DNA of 64,000 nucleotides from Eledone cirrhosa. Taxonomy: Eukaryota. The notes below the pieces were generated by a model. That model was not told the DNA's origin, did no database searches, and saw only the letters and a program-made list of their open reading frames with translations. A program made the translations under genes and the position numbers. Positions within the stretch are counted from its first letter, which is position 1. Every line of letters starts with the position of its first letter. The DNA is taken from assembly GCA_964016885.1 (NCBI GenBank), contig OZ024744.1, positions 62,372,001 to 62,436,000 of the forward strand, given 5' to 3'. Of this stretch, positions 25,009 to 37,765 are shown piece by piece.

Positions 25009-28000
25009 TCATCATCATCATCATTTTACGTCCTCTTTTTCCTGCTTGCAAGGGTGGGATGGGTCCTATTCAGCACAGCATCTCTCCATTTGTCATGGTC
25101 CTTCATCATTTCCTCCGTGAGCTTCAGTGATCTGAGGTCAGCTCTCACCACCTCCGCCCATGATTTTTGTGATCTTCCTCTACTGCGTCTTCCTTCTACT
25201 GGGATTTCTTGGCACTTCTTTACCCAACAGTCATCCTCCATGTGCATCACATGTCCATACCATCTCAGTCTTCTCTCCTGCACACCACAACTTATCCCTC
25301 TTATACTCAGTTTCTGTCTCAACTCGTCTATTCTTGGTTGTTCACACACATTGACATTGCAACAAAACGGAGCATGCTTGCTTCATTTCTCTCCAGCCAT
25401 CACATATCCTCCGCAGCTCTGCCCATGTCTCACTACCTTGCAGTATCGCGCACCTCACACAGGCATCATATAACCGGCCTTTCATTCGTAGGGAGAAACC
25501 CTTCTTTGTCAACAGAGGAAGCAGCTCCCTAAACTTCTTCCAACCCATCCTTATTCTAGATATTATGACCTCGGAAGACCCCCCTCCCATGCTAATCTGA
25601 TCACCTAGGTACCGGAAGCTATCAACCATCTCTATAGATCTTACCTGCATTTGAAAAATGTGTCTATCAGTGCGACTTCTACTGTCTAATTTCCCTGTAC
25701 ATCTACTGCATACGTATTTCTACCTACCTGTTAGTTTGCCTGCTATCCCACTACATCTCTTGTGTACCCAAGATCTGAATTGTGTACATTTTATAGAATT
25801 TATGCCAACTCCTTTTCTACATATCGAACATGGCCATTTCCCTGATGGAATCAGAGTTTTGTCCTCTTTTCTACTTATCAACACTTTAGTCTTCACTAGG
25901 TTCACTCTCAGTCCTCTTGATTCCAACTGCTGTTTCCATAGTCAGAATTTATTCTCTAGCTCCTCTACTGATTCTGCTATAAGTACCAGATCATCAGCAT
26001 AGAGAAGTTCCCATAAGCAGCTGGTGTTAAACTCCTATGGCTTGGAGAACTATAATGAACAAGAGCAGGCTGAGGACCAAACCCTGATGTACTCCTACTT
26101 GTATCTGGAATTCCTCACTAAACTCCATTCCTACTCTCACGTTACTGACAGCACCCCTGTACATAGGTTGCACTGTCCTCACAAGCCATTCGTCAACACC
26201 TAATTTCCTTAAGGACCACCAGATGACAGATCGGGGTACCCTATCAAATGCCTTCTCTTGGTCAACAAAAGCTAAGTATAGTGGCTTATTCTTCTCTAAG
26301 ACCCTCTCTTGTAGTTGCCTCACTAAGAAGAGGGTATCTGTTGTACTTTTCCCGGGCACAAACCAAACTGCATTTTATGCCCATATAATTGCTCCTCTTC
26401 AGAGCATCTCCTTTACCTTTGTAGCAATTCATAAGAATACTGCTGCACCAGTCTTTAGGTATGACTTTGCCATATATAGCTTGATTGACGATGCATGCAA
26501 CTAGTTTAGTACCTATTTCTCCTGATGCCTTCAGCATCTCAGCAACTATCCCTGATGGTCCGGCAGCCTTACCACTTTTCATTTCCTTAATTGCCTCTTT
26601 GACCCTATAGTCGTCAATCTCAATAGCTGGTCCCTCCGTTGGGAGTAGTTTCCCTCTCTCCCATTTGTTCTCCACATTCATCAGTCTCTCATAATGACAT
26701 TTCCAGGCCTCCTTTTTCTGATCATTCGTGACACTAAGTGCACCAGCATCATTTCGGACACACTTATCTCCAACAACATCCTGATTTACACAGACACACT
26801 GCCTTGCAATGCAGAACACCACACGTCTCTGATCTTCTCATCGCAGAACATTGGCAAACCTCCTACTCTCAGCTTCCCTGCATGCTATGTATACCTGACA
26901 TCTAGCCTCTCTTTTAGTGGCTGTGTATCAGTCTCTACTCCCACCATTTTTCAAAGCCTTCCATGCCAGTCTTCTGTCTCTAATGGCCCTATCTACCGTG
27001 CTGTTCCACCACCAGGTCACTCTCTGTCTGATTGAAGCTCTGCCCCAACCACAAGTTTCTTCAGTAGCCTGCAGTGAGTTGTCATGTAAGAAATTCCAGT
27101 CATCATCTACGTCATATGATTCTAAATTGTCTTCTTTTTCATCATGCACATCTTGGAGGACTTTCCTAAATTTGTATTTTAATGAAAGGTCTTTTAGCTT
27201 CTAGATCTTCCTTTTCCACACCTTCCTGTGTGTTTCATTTTGTCTCTTGCTTATTGAGATGTCACAAACAACTAACCTATGTTGGGGGATATTCTTCCCT
27301 GGGGTATGCCTTAGTATTTGACACCATCTGTCTGTCTCATTGCCTAACTAGCAAGAAGTCAATCTGGCTTATGTGCTCACTTATTGGTAGGTTATTAGGT
27401 GGTTCGTAGGTTTCTTGAAGTTAGTGTTGCAAATGGTTAATTCACTTACATCCCAAAATTCAGGAAGTCTCACTCCTTCGTTTCTTGAGCCATAACCATG
27501 ACCACCATGTACCTCAGTGTATCCATCCTGGAGCTGTCCAACATGACCATTGAAGTCCCCTGCTAGTATAACTAGGTCTCTCTCTGTCCTCTGTCATTGT
27601 GGTTGTCTATAGAAGTCACTCATAAAAGCAGTCCTTTTCTTCTCTACCTAGGCCTGCCTGGGGAGCATAGGTAGAGAGAATTGTCAGCAGTCTCTTGCCT
27701 ACAACTAATCTAATCTTAATTATTCTATTACTGACTCTAACTACCTCTATTGTCTTATTGATCCACCTCTCGGGCAGTAAAATGCCTACCCCACCTAACC
27801 CATCATCATTTCCTACCAGGGCCGGATTTAGATTTGATGAGGCCCTAAGCTATTTGAGATAATGGGACCCTTTATATGTTATAAAAACTGCAAAACGTTC
27901 AATATTAAAGCAGAAAACTGTTTAAAACTATTGCAATGCAGTTCTTTTTAAACTTATATTTTGGAAATGTATACACCGTTTTTTTCAATTTTTTCGGGAC

Positions 28001-28250
28001 CCTAAGCTATAGCTTGTTTAGCTTATACGTAAATCCCCCTCTGTTTGCTACCCAGAAAAGCTTATAGCTAAGCTGTTTGCCTGCGATTAGTTTTGCTGAG
28101 GCTCCTCTCCGTCTCACCTCTTGCATGCAGCACAAATCCACATGTCTTCTCTCAAGCATCTCCACTATCTCACCAGATCTACCTGTCAGGGTGCCAACAT
28201 TAAGTGTGGTAACCCTGAGATGTGACGTCTTTCGTTGTTTCACACATTCA
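25009..28250 (-). mobile_element. Near-full-length degenerate RTE LINE (APE endonuclease plus RT)
   Basis: LRVTTLNVGTL...VDLCCMQE (APE), KSGKAAGPSG, FVDQEKAFDRVP, FRYLGD; (GAT)n tail at ~25009-25023; interrupted by a hAT MITE. Confidence 0.88.
27817..28043. mobile_element. hAT-type MITE nested in the RTE APE region
   Basis: Imperfect TIRs cagggccggattt / aaatccccctctg; 8-bp TSD tttcctac / tttgctac; removing it restores the frame LFWVGNDDGLGGVGIL. Confidence 0.8.
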
Positions 28251-28259
28251 TATATATAT

Positions 28260-28725
28260 AGACTAGAAAAGCTCCAACTTTATTCTCTCCAACTTCACCA
28301 TGAGCACTGCATTATCTGAATGATCTGGAAAATATTCCATCAGCATTGCCCAAATGATGTTAACATAACCTTTAAAGTACACCCAAGGCTTGAGTCCTGT
28401 GCTATCTGCCCACAACAAAAATCAAACTCACATATCATAACAACAATATGGCACAATTATTTCACCTCAATTGGCCCCGTTTTCTTTAACACTACACCAA
28501 AACACATAAAAACAGAAACTGATCCAATAAAGTTCAAGAAAACTTTGGACAAATTCCTTCAAGAAATTCCGGATAAACCTCCTACACCTGGATACGACTC
28601 TGTAAACAATAATTCTCTACTTGAGTGGGCCATAGTTTCCAAATCCTGATTTGAAAGACTTCGCCAGGTGGTGCTATTAATTTAGACATGGCCTGGGCCG
28701 ATACCTATCGAAGTTATCAAAGTTA
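28260..28725 (+). mobile_element. 3' end of a CR1/L2/Jockey-group LINE
   Basis: LEKLQLYSLQ...IWKI...FKKTLDKFLQEIPDKP..PGY...NSL, a typical LINE C-terminus. Confidence 0.6.
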
Positions 28726-28879
28726 TATATATTTACATGTATGTGTGCAAGTGAATGCATCCATATCTCTCTTTACATATATGTCTGTGTAACTTAACAG
28801 CAATACAATAAGCATTTTAAGGCCATATTCCCAGCTATATCAGAGATTAGCCTTGCAGATCCCATGACAAGGTTTCTTC

Positions 28880-29170
28880 ATTTTACTTTGTCTGTTTTCC
28901 CCACCTCACCAACCCTTGGCTTTCATTCCCTTCCCCATTGTTTTTAGCTGTCTTTATTGGTCTTCCCCTTCCTCTACTTCCTTCCATATTCACATCCATC
29001 ACTCCTTTCACCCAGCTATTTTCATCTTTTCTCAACACATGACCCAACCATCTCATTCTATTACTCTTCACAACATTCATCATTGGTCCTATTCCCATCA
29101 TCATCTGCAATTTTTTTGTTTTCTTTCTCTGATCATATCTCTGGACCATTCTCATTCATCCTAGTCTTCT
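28880..29170 (-). mobile_element. RTE remnant
   Basis: RMRWLGHVLRKDENSWVK...GSRGRGRP. Confidence 0.7.
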
Positions 29171-29426
29171 TTGTTGCTTCATGTCTCACTCCCATAAATT
29201 ATGACCTGCTTTATGTGCAAATAACCATCTTTAGCATATGTTTTATATATAAAGTTTATATGAACTCTGGCTTATTCTTTCCCCAATACCGAGTGAGTAA
29301 ACATCACTGTAGAAGGATAAATATCCTGAAACTGTAGTTTCTAGTGTTTTCACAAGGATACTGAAATACCTGTGATATGATCTCAGCTTAAAACATCCAA
29401 CACAAGACTTATGCATTGATTTAAAT

Positions 29427-29745
29427 CAGAGGTTTTCAAAGTGGGTGCTACCACTCCCCTGGAGGCGCTGAGAAGGTCCAGGAGGTGCTGCGGCCTAAGG
29501 GGGGGGGGGGGGTCAGTAGAGATGATGTAATAGTATATTAAATATCAAATGATACATATCATATAAATATACGGGTGAGAGACGGTCACCCAATCCAACT
29601 TGCCTCAAATGGAACAAACCCATCTAATCCATCATTTACAATTTGCGTGTAGGCAGGTCTCTCTTAAAATAGGGGTGGGTGGCACTGAGAGGATTATGTG
29701 GTCGGGGGGGGGGGGGGGGTTGCACAAAATGTTTGAAAACCTCTG
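29427..29745. mobile_element. hAT/Charlie-type MITE
   Basis: Perfect 14-bp TIR cagaggttttcaaa / tttgaaaacctctg; perfect 8-bp TSD atttaaat (29419-29426 and 29746-29753). Confidence 0.9.
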
Positions 29746-30127
29746 ATTTAAATGGATGTAAGATGAAATACAGAGATCACCAGAATGACAAGAGGAAGAA
29801 AGTCAAAGAAAAGCAAGGATTCAAGCATTGCAACCCATGCCAGCATTGAAGGCAGACATAAAATGATGATCATATGTATATACATATATGTATATAAAAG
29901 GTAAACTGAAATAGCAAAACAAACAGCACAGTATATGCCTGTGTGTGAAAATTAAATGGAGAAAACACAACAGATGACGAAGTTCAATGAAGATATATAT
30001 TAGTTTGTGTGTATAAAATATCATAGTATTTAAAACATTCAAACATTAACTGAATGACACATTTCTTTTTCTAAGTAGAAAAGTAGCAGTGAATTAGAAG
30101 TTTCGGCCAAACGAAGCAACCATATAT

Positions 30128-30182
<55 letters not shown>

Positions 30183-30997
30183 CATGTGTGTATATTGATT
30201 TTGTTTATTTTATGGAACAAAAGCATAAAAGTTGTCAATACACTCTTTTGTTAGAAGAGTGTCGAGTTTAATATGATTTATAAGGTATTTATACACTCAC
30301 TGACATCTATATACACAAGCAAACATGCTCACACACACCGACACATGTTGGACCTCTATCAGTTCCAATGATGAGTACTACAGTTTTTTGAATAACAGAA
30401 TAGCCTCCTCGTGGAATTAAAATATAAAGGTGTTTGATCATTCCCAGGAAATGTGACACTGTGTGGCACAAAGCTGGACCCTTTTAATTACAGGTACAAC
30501 TCAATTTTGCTAGCTAAGTGGACTGGAGCAATGTGAAATATAGTGACTTGCTTGCTCAAGTACAAAAGGAACTGCGTGGTCTTAGAATTGAACTCACAAC
30601 CTTACATGCACACACAGATATATACAGAAAGACTTACAGCCACATATGCTCACAGATGTAAATACTCATGTATAACTACAAACACATGCATGCACACCAT
30701 CATCATCATCATCGTTTAACGTCCATGTTGTCCCATTAGAGGTAAGTTGGGTCAGGTGACTGTGTCTTGCTCATATAAGACTGTCTCTGGTTAGGTTTCT
30801 GGCCCTTCCTAATGCCAACCACATTTATAGTGTGTATATGTGTGTTTGTTTTCAACATCAAAAATATAATATATATACACCACAGAATTTAATGCGTACA
30901 CTTTTTTTTTGTCTAGTTTGTAAACAGAAAAGTAATTATATCAGTTCAGAACAAAAGTTCTGTCTGGTTCTAATTAACATTATTTCTCCAAATCCTT

Positions 30998-31187
30998 GCG
31001 GTGGATTGGCAGTATCGGTAGAGGGTCGGACGCCATGCTTTCCAGCATAGTTACGTCCCTTTACGATCTGAGTTCAAATCCCGCCGAGGTTGTCTTTGCC
31101 TTTCATCCTTACGGGGTCGATAAAATAAAGTACCAGTAATGCACTGGGTAATTGCTGGCCTTGTGCCTAAAGTAGAAACAATTATTT
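30998..31187 (+). mobile_element. tRNA-derived SINE, intact copy (others ~33310-33475, 36706-36880, 40444-40655, 46459-46550)
   Basis: A-box-like tggcagtatcgg, B box gagttcaaatcc, conserved central core, AAT tail; about 10 copies in the window. Confidence 0.88.
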
Positions 31188-34100
31188 CTCCAAATTCTTG
31201 ATCATTTTCAAAATTATTCGAAAACCACAGGCAGTGACTTTCATTAGGAATATGATAACAAAAGGGTTAATAACCAACGCAAAAACTATATATGTTACAA
31301 GTCAAAAGCCCCCAGAAGACATTTTGAATGCCCAAGTTGACATCGTCTTAATTTGAACTGAAAACGTAAAATGTCTTGAAGCACCTTTTCCGGTGCTGTA
31401 ATGATTCTGCTAATCCAAGAAATTAATAATTAAGTGCCAACATAGTTAATATGACAAGCACCATTATATATTCCGTAACGGGAAGGAAACTTTGTTGAGG
31501 AAAGGGCGACAACTCGAATTCAAAACTAAAGTTTTTCATATTGACTTCAAAGGAAATTTGTCAGCATTCAGAATGTTCTTCCATTTAAAGTAACCGAATA
31601 TTGCCGCACATAGTAAATTGAACGGTAATGGATCAGTATATGTGAATTTCAAAAGAAAAAGTAATATTGCAAAATACTTTAAAAAAAAAAGAAAAAAAAA
31701 GAAGAAAGAAAATATCGCAATACACATGGACATCAAATAATCTCTTTTTCGTGTATCTGCAGGAATTTTGTATTAGTATATTCAGAATAATTTATTAGGT
31801 ACATATTTAGAATTTAATTCTGTTTAATAACGGTTAAAGAAAATTAATGTAATTGTTTGTCATCTACTTAAAACAATAAACCACCGGGCCATTAAAGTTC
31901 TATGAGAGAAAATGCAAGATGTGGGTTGGGATAACCCCTCCCTTTCCCTCGAATACAACAAAAACAAGGTAGGCTACTCTGCTTACTCCAAATCGTCTCA
32001 CACAAGAGGAAATATTTTTTTTTTTTTTTTTTTTTTGTCAGCTTTTTTTTTTATCGTTCATTAATAATATCAAATAAGAAATCAAGAAAAATTACTCATG
32101 ATATTATACAGACAAGTCAAATTAATCTCTGACTAAATATTCCAAACAACGACTGAACATAATAGAATCAAATTCCCACTATCACTGCCTCCATCGTTCT
32201 TGCTCTCCCCATCTCTCACTATTATTAGCAAATGGGGGCCCATGCACTGGCCACCCTGTGGCCCCGGTAGACAGAATAGAGGTGTTTCCCCCGGAGGATG
32301 GTAAGGGAGACACATTGGAAGAGTCATTCTAGCTCGCAAGGCAGGTAGCCAACTCCATGCTGATGCTGGTGAGTAAGGAGGTGGTCTGATGACCAAGAAC
32401 ACCAGAAGTCTCCTCTCGATCTTTAAGTGCTCCCTTGATTTGCTAGAAATAGCATAAAAACTAAAATCACCCTTAGATCACATTGTAGTGATATTAAACT
32501 GTGGAGAATAATAGGGAATACTTGATATTACAGCTCCAAATAAGAAAACAAAAATATTTCGCCAGATTCACTGGATTCTTTACATAAATTATTATGTTGG
32601 GATAGGGTGTTCTTTCGTCAGTTAATATGCGTTTGCACGTGTGCGAGCAAAGAATGTGACACAAATCAGGTGAATGTGATGAGACATTTTCATTTTTCTT
32701 ATTTCTAGCTCTGTTGTCAAGGATAAGTATAATAGAGGAAGGGGGCATTTGCTGTACTTTATCCAGGCACAAATCGAAACTGCATCTCATCTGATTTAAT
32801 TCTCATCCTAATCAGTTTCATGTCTCTACACCAGGCTATAATATCATGAGTTACCTGGTGGACTATACAAGTAACCAGTTTGAGCACTACTTCAACAGAT
32901 ATTTCAGCATCTCTGCAACTTTTCTGTTCTTTATACCCTTAATGGCCTCTTTAACCATGTAACTGACTTCAAAAGCTGCTCTACCTGTTGGGTCCACTGG
33001 GGATAGCCACCTTTCTACCCACACATTTCACATTCAATAACCTCTCATAATACCATTTCCATGCAGCTACCATCAAGCAGACATTAGCACTGGTAAGTAT
33101 CCCCTCAATTCTGGAGCCAGCTAGATTATCCAGAATTGATGAGAAGAGACCAGATGATCTTACTCTTTGTCCTTGGGTAAAAGGTAGATGTCTCATCAGG
33201 AATGCCACAATTAGTGACTCTTTTGCTCCCTCCCACATCCTGGATGCCACAGTAAATGTGAGGGTCACTGCTTCCATAGCCGAACAAAATAAAATCCTAA
33301 AATACTGAGAAAGTTGATTGAATCGACCCCAGCGCATTACTGGTACTTTACTTTATCAACCCCGTAAGGATGAGAGGCAAAGTTAACCTTGGTAGGATTT
33401 GAACTTAAATCGTAAAGGGGTGTAACCCTATGCTATATAGCATGTTGCCCGACACTCTACTATTAATCTACCACTGTTGTATGTAGGAATATTAGAAAGT
33501 ATATATACTTCACAGCTCAAGCTTCTAATTGAAAGTTATATCCAACTTTCTTAAATTTACCCTAATCTTCATATACCCCCACCTCCCACCCCACACATAT
33601 ATATATTTGAAAAAAATTGAAAAAAAAAAGAAAAAGAATAATTTCACTTGTAGTTGGTATTCTATAAGAATTTAATTTTATAATTCTGTAATTTTACAAT
33701 TTTTGCTATGTAGATCTAATAAGTCCTTTGTTAACTTTGGTGGAAAGTTTTTTTAAAATCCTGGTAAACTTTCTAGAGAACTTTCTTGCATTCGCCGGAG
33801 GCGATTGTCAAACTGATCTAAAGTTATATTGTGTTGGTGTATATATAAAGAATTCACTCTTGACGGTAATCATCATCATCATCATCATCATCGTTTAACG
33901 TCCATCTTCCACGCTTGCATGGGTTTGTATTAACATAACCGCTCTATTGAGTGCTTTGTGATTGACTCAAACAACTCGAGTAGTACCTGGTATATGGCAG
34001 CTACAACATCAATTCATACCTAATATTATATATATATATATATTTATATATATATAATTGGAGGCTTAGTAAAATCGAATCTTTGGCAGTGTGCAAGCAA

Positions 34101-34277
34101 ATTCGACCTACGATATGAATGAGTTAGCAAAGCACTCGACAAAGATGGTCCTTAGAGTAATAACATACGTTTAAATAGGTTGACAAATCGAACATTGTGG
34201 CAGGCAAAAATCTAACACAATACCAAAGCAACGAAAGAACTAACGGGTTGAAAAAATACAGGTATATTTAAACGTAC

Positions 34278-34310
<33 letters not shown>

Positions 34311-35299
34311 GATACATACATATATAGCAAAACTGAGGACCCCCAGCGGTCGACTGATAAGAAGAGACTGACCTATGTTACATCCATTTTTCTGTTGTCT
34401 TCACTCACTTTTTATTTTGCATGATTTTTGCCTTGTGTGACACTTTTTTAAATTGATATATATATATATATAAGATCCTTCCCACCCTTGCAAGCAGGGA
34501 AAAGCGGACGTAAAATGATGATGATGATATATATATATATACATCTGTGTGTCATCACTGTTTAATGTCCATTTCCCCCACACTAGTACGGTTAGACAAG
34601 TTGTCCCATTATGAGACAAGTCAGATGAGATGACCTTGTTTTACTCATACAAAACTCTTTCTGGCTTGATTTCTATGGCTAGATGCCCTTCTTCATGCTA
34701 ACCACATTTACAGTGTTTTTTTGGTGTCACCATTAAAACCACTTTACAGGGTGGGCTGGGAATTTATTGACATATCGCTACCATGACCACTCTACAGGGT
34801 GTACTGGGTGTTTTACTTGTGTCCCTAATTCGACCACTTTTCAGGACTGAGTACTCTTTTATCATGTTACCTTACAGTGGGGAGGGGGGACTGGGTGCTC
34901 TTTTATCAAGGCACCAACATGTGCACCTTATATGAGGGACTAGGGGCTTTTGTTGTCACCAGCATGACCACCTTATTGGGTGGACAGAGCTTTTAGTCAT
35001 TTCAGCAGCATTGTGGGAGAGCATGTCCAGCTTTCCATGCTTGCATACATGGGTTGATCAAGAGGAGTGCATCAGATGCGGAAAGTAGGGGTGCATGTAT
35101 GAAATGTGAGGTTTGGGGAGATAGGTCTAGAGTGGGGGAGAGCATGTATGTTGGGTGGGGATTAGAGAGGTAGGTCTAAGGTGGGCTACTTAATTGGAGA
35201 AGGGTAGAGTGTTATGAAGGAGGAGGGGGAGAGAAGTGGTGCATACAAGAGACCATTAGATGTTGCTTCATCCCACACACATGGGAAAACGGTTCTTCT

Positions 35300-36105
35300 G
35301 CAGTACTGCATAAAACCAGAGATTGTGATCCTATGTCATTGCCTTTGAGAGGCGCAATTGTGTGAGGACAGTTTTTATAATCCCAAGCTTTCCTAGGTCT
35401 TCCCACTCCATAATTTCCATCAACTTTGAGTGTTCTGCACTTTTTTAAACACCTGTCATACTTTGCATGCATCATATGCCCATACCACCATAATCTTTCC
35501 TGCACACTGCCTCTTCTGCCCAATTTCTCTCAGTTCATTTATGTTCTACAAGTTATGTATATTACTATTATACATCCAGGCTTCATTTCTTTCCAATCTT
35601 CATAAGTCCTCTGTACGCAGTGCCCAGGTCTCACTACCATGCAGCATTGCTGTTTGTATACACACATCATACAATTTGCTCTTCATTTTGAGGAAAAAGC
35701 CTTTCATAGCTAGCAACAGTAATATCTCCCTGAACTTTCTTCATCCCATTCTCACTCTGGCTACTGTACTTTTGGAATACCCACCTCCACTGCTAATTTG
35801 TTACCCAGGTAAGAGAAACTGTCAACTACTTCTACAGAACCCTCTAAGCATTTGATAGAGCTTGTTTCCTGTGAGTGCTTGCTACTTAATGCTCCAGAGC
35901 ATCAACCATATGTAAAATCTACATTTGTTGCTAGCCTGTCTGAGATATTGCTACATCTCTTGTGTACCCGTAGTTTGCATTTGGGAAGGAGAATGGAATT
36001 TCTACCCACCCATTTCCTACACCCGGAACAAGGGATCAAGGCTTTATTTTCCTTTCTACTTACTAGGACTTTAGTCTTTAGTCTTTGCCCAGTTGACTTT
36101 AGGAC
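35300..36105 (-). mobile_element. RTE LINE remnant
   Basis: RLWWYGHMM...GVGRPRKAWD and upstream RT-thumb similarity to the other RTE copies. Confidence 0.75.
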
Positions 36106-36118
36106 CTTTATATATATA

Positions 36119-36686
36119 TTAGAAATGATAAGCTTTCACCGTATTTTAGACTAAAGAAATTTCTAGCCTGATAGTGGGGTTTATAACCCTCGGAGAAATG
36201 GAAAAAGATGAGTGTTGCCATACATGGGAGTCGAACCCACATCTTTGGTTATCCAGACCACTGTGCTACCATTACACCAATACACATCCCATCTCCTTCC
36301 ATTCGAATTAGAAGCTATGAACTTAGCAAGTGAATGATAAACAAGCAAATTATAAACGTAAACATGTATGTTTTTGAAACGGTGCGCGAGTTTGAAATTA
36401 GAAATTATAAGCTTTCGCTGTATTTTAGACTAAAGAAATTTCTAGCCTGATAGTGGGGTTTATAACCCTCGGTAGCACAGTGGTCTGGATAACCAAAGAT
36501 GTGGGTTTGACTCCCATGTACGGCAACACTCATCTTTTTCCATTTCTCCGAGGGTTATAAATCCCACTATCAGGCTAGAAATTTCTTTAGTCTAAAATAT
36601 GGTGAAAGCTTATAATTTCTAATTTCAAACTCGTGCACCGTTTCAAAAACATACTTACATGTTTACGTTTATAATTTGCTTGTTTA
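36119..36686. repeat. tRNA-containing tandem-plus-inverted (fold-back) repeat in (TA)n
   Basis: 36119-36192 repeats directly at 36399-36472; 36119-36270 is inverted at ~36471-36621; ~36338-36472 is inverted at ~36549-36686; tRNA-like cloverleaf on the minus strand at ~36216-36286. Confidence 0.85.
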
Positions 36687-37105
36687 TATATATATATATA
36701 TATAATTGTTTCTACATTTGGCACAAGGCCATCAATTACCCAGTTCATTACTGGTACTTTATTTTATCAACCCCGTAAGGATGAAAGGCAAAGTTAACCT
36801 CAGCGGGATTTGAACTCAGACCGTAAATGGACGTAACTATGCTGGAAAGCATGGCATCTGACCCTCTACCAATACTGGCAAAAAAAATATATATATAATA
36901 AGAGGTTAGCAGGACTAGCATAAGGTTTCCCTGCTAGTACTGGTTGCATCTCAGCGTACTCAATAGGTAAGGTTATGTAGAAATCCCAGAGTAGACACAA
37001 AGTTATTTGCCTCGATAATATACGCACGCACACACAAATATATATGAGAGAGATAATACAATAAGTACAAAATATAAAGAATACAGTCAAATTCAATTAC
37101 AAATA

Positions 37106-37111
37106 TTTATT
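37106..37111 (-). terminator. Probable MDH1 polyadenylation signal (AATAAA)
   Basis: tttatt on the plus strand about 445 nt 3' of the MDH1 stop, at the end of an AT-rich unique 3'UTR. Confidence 0.5.
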
Positions 37112-37534
37112 CTGAAGACATGAATTACAAGCAAAATTTCAGTATTTTGTTCTTCAGATCATTAAAACCATATTCATTTCAATGTAATGTTTTCATTTTT
37201 AAAATTTTTTTTTTTTAATTTCCAATTTAACCTTTGATCGATTCTTCTTTCTGAAACAGTTTCGCCATAAATCAACTGATATATATACCTTAGTTTTCAT
37301 AACCAAAAATATCTAACTTTCCACAGAGACATAAGTTTTGCTAAAATAGTTAGCACAATCTCTTTAATCTATTCAAGAAAATACAGGAATTTAACTTAAG
37401 AATTTGATTTTTTTTTTCTGTAGAAACATTTTTTGAATTTAATTTTTATCAGAGAAATATTTTCTTTGTTGAACTAAGAATTAAGGATATCTAAAAATAT
37501 CATATTTTTCACAAGATACTCTTCTAAGGCAAGA

Positions 37535-37558
37535 TTACAATTTAGAATCGTGAAGTCA
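37535..37558 (-). other. MDH1: Cryptic C-terminal readthrough extension of MDH1 ending in PTS1 (X-LHDSKL*)
   Basis: Minus strand reads TGA CTT CAC GAT TCT AAA TTG TAA. Confidence 0.75.
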
Positions 37559-37765
37559 CTCGCAGACACTCAAAGCAAGATCTCTTTCTTGAATAAGTTC
37601 TTTGAGAGTTAAATTCAGTTTGGATTTTGAAAAGTCATCAACATTCAGGTCCTTAACAATTTCATAACTATGATCAGGTTTGGTTATCACTGGGAAACTG
37701 AACATGAGACCTTTATCAATACCATACGAACCATCTGAACAAACAACCATCGATACATAAGTGCC
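37556..37765 (-). CDS. MDH1: Cytosolic malate dehydrogenase, last coding exon
   Basis: tttcag|GTYVSMVVCSDGSYGIDKGLMFSFPV...DDFSKSKLNLTLKELIQERDLALSVCE-TGA; 210 nt. Confidence 0.95.
   Translation of the reverse strand, partial: GTYVSMVVCSDGSYGIDKGLMFSFPVITKPDHSYEIVKDLNVDDFSKSKLNLTLKELIQERDLALSVCE

Noticed and set aside
31400-34300. Possible promoter or first exon of the kinesin gene in unique, CpG-containing intergenic DNA
   Set aside because: No definable exon or motif can be supported without transcript data.
36216-36286. Functional tRNA gene (GGA anticodon)
   Set aside because: The acceptor stem pairs poorly, there is no long variable arm as expected for Ser, and it lies in a repeat; treated as tRNA-derived.
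37556-37558. Selenocysteine recoding of the MDH1 UGA
   Set aside because: No SECIS-like hairpin was recognised in the AT-rich 3'UTR, and MDH1 is not a known selenoprotein; the PTS1 explains the extension better.
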